Shown here: positions 61,503 through 64,000 of the stretch, piece by piece
Layout: every line of letters begins with the position of its first letter
Position numbering within the stretch: position 1 is the first letter of the stretch
Origin: an uncultured Acidobacteriota bacterium
GTDB taxonomy: Bacteria; Acidobacteriota; Thermoanaerobaculia; UBA5066
Direction of reading: 5' to 3'
NCBI GenBank assembly: GCA_963779415.1
Contig: CAVZYA010000002.1
Span: forward strand, 1,312,001 to 1,376,000
Length of the DNA stretch: 64,000 bases
Translations under genes and position numbers: made by a program
The notes under the pieces: generated by a model
Databases searched by the model: none
Told to the model about the DNA's origin: nothing
Seen by the model: only the letters and a program-made list of their open reading frames with translations

Positions 61503-62675
61503 TCAGGAGATGAACATGGCATCTCCGTAGCTGAAGAACCGGTAGCCCCGTGCCACGGCTTCACGGTAGGCGGCGAGGACCCGCTCGCGCCCGGCGAAGG
61601 CCGAGACGAGCATCAGGAGCGTCGACCGCGGGAGGTGAAAATTCGTCAGGAGGGCGTCCGCGATGCGAAATGCCGCGCCGGGGACGAGGAAGAGGTCCGT
61701 CTCGAAGGCACCGGGAACGACGCGGCCCCCGTGCGCCCGCGCCGACGCCTCGAGCGTCCGAACGCCCGTCGTCCCGACCGCGACGACGCGCCGGCCTCCC
61801 CCCTTCGCGCGGTTCACGGTTTCCGCGGTCTCGGCCGGGATCAGACCCCTCTCGAAATCCATCCGGTGGTCCTCGACTCTCTCGGACTTCACGGGCTTGA
61901 ACGTCCCGGTCCCGACGTGGAGCGTCACGCGGACGATGGTGACGCCGCGCGTCTCGACCGCCGCGAGCAGCTCCGGCGTGAAATGGAGTCCCGCCGTCGG
62001 CGCCGCGATCGCGCCGGGCTCGCGCGCGTAGACGGTCTGGTAGTCCGCGCGGTCCTCGTCGTCGGCCACGCCGTCCGGGCGATGGATGTAGGGGGGGAGG
62101 GGAGCCGAGCCGAAGAAGGAGAGATCGGAGAGAAGAGAAGACGGTTTGCTCCCGTGTTTGTAAAAACGCAATACGTAAAGGCCCGATTCGGAGCGAATTG
62201 ATTCGCTGTTTTGCTTAGAAGGTAAATGGGCTCCCGGCAAAGCGGCAGGATGTGCTTCTGCGGTGCCTGTCGCGCCGCCTGGTGCCTCCGCTTCGCCGAC
62301 CCACTCACGTTCGAAGAAGATTTTCCTTCCGGCCTTCACCCGCCTCCCGGGCTTCGCGAGACAGCGCCAGAGCTCTGCTTCCTGGAGTTCTCCCATCGAA
62401 GAGATTCCCGGGGCCGGGGTGATCTTCTCGACGAGCAGGAACTCCGTCCGCCGCCCCCTCTCGTCCGTCCCGAAGATCCGCGCGGGGATGACCTTCGTGT
62501 CGTTCAGGACGAGGACGTCGCCGGCGCCGAGGAGTGACGGAAGGTCCGCCATCCGCCGGTGACCGATCGCTCCCGTCCGCCGGTCGAGCGTCATGAGGCG
62601 TGCCGTGCCGCGCGGCAAGGGCCGCTGGGCGATCGCCCCCGCGGGAAGCTCGAAGTCGAAGAGGGAAACGTCCAC
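61503..62675 (-). CDS. queA: SAM:tRNA ribosyltransferase-isomerase
   Basis: FDFELP...IAQ.P, PLPPYI, AAPTAGLHFT, TNFHLPRSTL and YRFFSYGDAM. Confidence 0.96.
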   Translation of the reverse strand: MDVSLFDFELPAGAIAQRPLPRGTARLMTLDRRTGAIGHRRMADLPSLLGAGDVLVLNDTKVIPARIFGTDERGRRTEFLLVEKITPAPGISSMGELQEAELWRCLAKPGRRVKAGRKIFFEREWVGEAEAPGGATGTAEAHPAALPGAHLPSKQNSESIRSESGLYVLRFYKHGSKPSSLLSDLSFFGSAPLPPYIHRPDGVADDEDRADYQTVYAREPGAIAAPTAGLHFTPELLAAVETRGVTIVRVTLHVGTGTFKPVKSERVEDHRMDFERGLIPAETAETVNRAKGGGRRVVAVGTTGVRTLEASARAHGGRVVPGAFETDLFLVPGAAFRIADALLTNFHLPRSTLLMLVSAFAGRERVLAAYREAVARGYRFFSYGDAMFIS

Positions 62676-62704
62676 AGGCGGATTCTGCCCGTTAGACTTC
62701 CGGG

Positions 62705-64000
62705 ATGCCGCGGCGCGCGCGCGCCCTTCTCGCTCTCTACGGGCTCCTGGCCCTTCTGGTGATCCCCGTCTTCCCGCATTTCCTCTCGCCGAACGAGTTC
62801 ACGCGCTGGGCGGCGGCCGCGTCGCTCGCCGAGCGCGGAACGCCGGAGATCTCCGCCGTCCGGCCGCTGCTCGGTCCTTTGTTCGAGGACATTGCCGCGG
62901 TTGACGGCCGTCTTTACTCGAACAAGGCGCCCGGCCTCGCGTTCGTCGCGCTGCCGGGCTACCTCCTCGCGCGGCCGATCGCCGGACCGCCGTCGCGCGA
63001 GGCGATGAGGATCGGTCTCGACGTCATGCGGCTCGCGGGCGCGACGCTCCCGACCCTCCTCCTTGCGGCGGTCGCCGCCCGGATGGCGACGCGGCTCGGC
63101 GCCGACCGGGATCGGGTTCCCGTCGTCGTCTTCGCGCTCCTTTTCGCGACGCCCCTCTTCGCCTACGGGCTCCTCCTCTTCTCCCACGCCCTCGTCGCGG
63201 CGGCGCTCTTCGGGGCCTGGGCCGCGCTCTTCTCTCCCGTCCCGGCGCGAGCCGCGGCCCGGCGCGACGTCGCGGCGGGGGCGCTGCTCGGTCTCTCGGT
63301 CCTCTCGGAGTACCCCGCGGCCCTTCCGGCCGCGGTCCTCGCCCTCGCGGGGACGTGGGGGCGGGGACCGGGGCGCCTCGCACGAATCGCCGCCGGGGGC
63401 ACGCCGTTCGCCCTCGCGCTCCTCGTCTACAACCGGCTCTGCTTCGGCGGCTTCTTCGAGTTCTCGTCGGCCCACGAGGCCGAAAGGTCGTTTCGCGCGC
63501 TCGCGTCGACGGGCCTTTTCGGAATCGGTCTTCCCTCGCCTGCCGCTCTCGGACACCTCGTCGCCGATCCGTCGAAGGGGCTGCTCCTCTTCTCGCCGTT
63601 CGTCGTTCTCGCTCTCCGGGCACTTCCGGCCGCGGCCCGGCGCGTGGGCCGTCCGGGGACCGCGGCTCTCGCGCTCGTGCCGCTTTCGATGCTTTTCCTC
63701 TTCGCGGGCTACCCCAACTGGCACGGCGGCTTCACCGTCGGGCCGAGGTACCTCGTCGGCGCGCTGCCATTTCTCGTCTTCCCGCTCGCGTTCCGGGGCG
63801 GAGGCCGGCTGGAGGCCGCCCTGCTCGGCGCGTCCGCGGGAGCGGTCTCCCTGACGACGCTCGTCTTCCCGTTCGTCCCGGGAGGATTCGCGCTGCCGTG
63901 GGCCTCCTTCGCCCTGCCTCTCCTCTTGCACGGTCTCGTGGCGCCGAATCTCCTCCATCTCGCGCCGGGCGGCCTCGCCGCCGTCGTCCTGCCGTTCGCC
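62705..64000 (+). CDS. GT-C-like polytopic membrane protein, 3'-truncated by the window edge
   Basis: Read directly from ATG 62705: MPRRARALLAL..SPNE..R..YSNKAPG; later KGLLLFSP and WHGG..GPRYL. Confidence 0.7.
   Translation, partial: MPRRARALLALYGLLALLVIPVFPHFLSPNEFTRWAAAASLAERGTPEISAVRPLLGPLFEDIAAVDGRLYSNKAPGLAFVALPGYLLARPIAGPPSREAMRIGLDVMRLAGATLPTLLLAAVAARMATRLGADRDRVPVVVFALLFATPLFAYGLLLFSHALVAAALFGAWAALFSPVPARAAARRDVAAGALLGLSVLSEYPAALPAAVLALAGTWGRGPGRLARIAAGGTPFALALLVYNRLCFGGFFEFSSAHEAERSFRALASTGLFGIGLPSPAALGHLVADPSKGLLLFSPFVVLALRALPAAARRVGRPGTAALALVPLSMLFLFAGYPNWHGGFTVGPRYLVGALPFLVFPLAFRGGGRLEAALLGASAGAVSLTTLVFPFVPGGFALPWASFALPLLLHGLVAPNLLHLAPGGLAAVVLPFA

Overview
High-GC bacterial chromosome segment. 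The gene content (kinase-TPR proteins, tricorn protease, wHTH-FHA, large GT-C-like membrane proteins) suggests Acidobacteriota, which is an inference. Housekeeping genes: mutL, typA, proB/proA, pcnB, glnA, queA, an adaA-alkA fusion and ogt. Other clear systems: a complete Ehr-type (hydrogenase-4-like, Ni-motif-less) membrane complex operon led by an HTH-PTS EIIA fusion; a sigma54 two-component system with its probable periplasmic target; an ECF sigma/anti-sigma locus; and a FitA/VapC toxin-antitoxin pair. There are two accessory patches. The first (~2.5-5.9 kb) holds a DUF5678-like/retropepsin pair, an HTH-PD-(D/E)xK-like gene and a predicted membrane-sensor-Schlafen (AlbA_2) fusion, the most novel-looking element here. 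The second (~50.1-51.9 kb) holds attC-like sites, cassette-like genes and IS3/IS481 remnants. Genes in the first ~8.3 kb carry many single-base frameshifts, several in homopolymers, so these are probably long-read errors and the proteins there were reconstructed by eye. No rRNA, tRNA or CRISPR array was seen.
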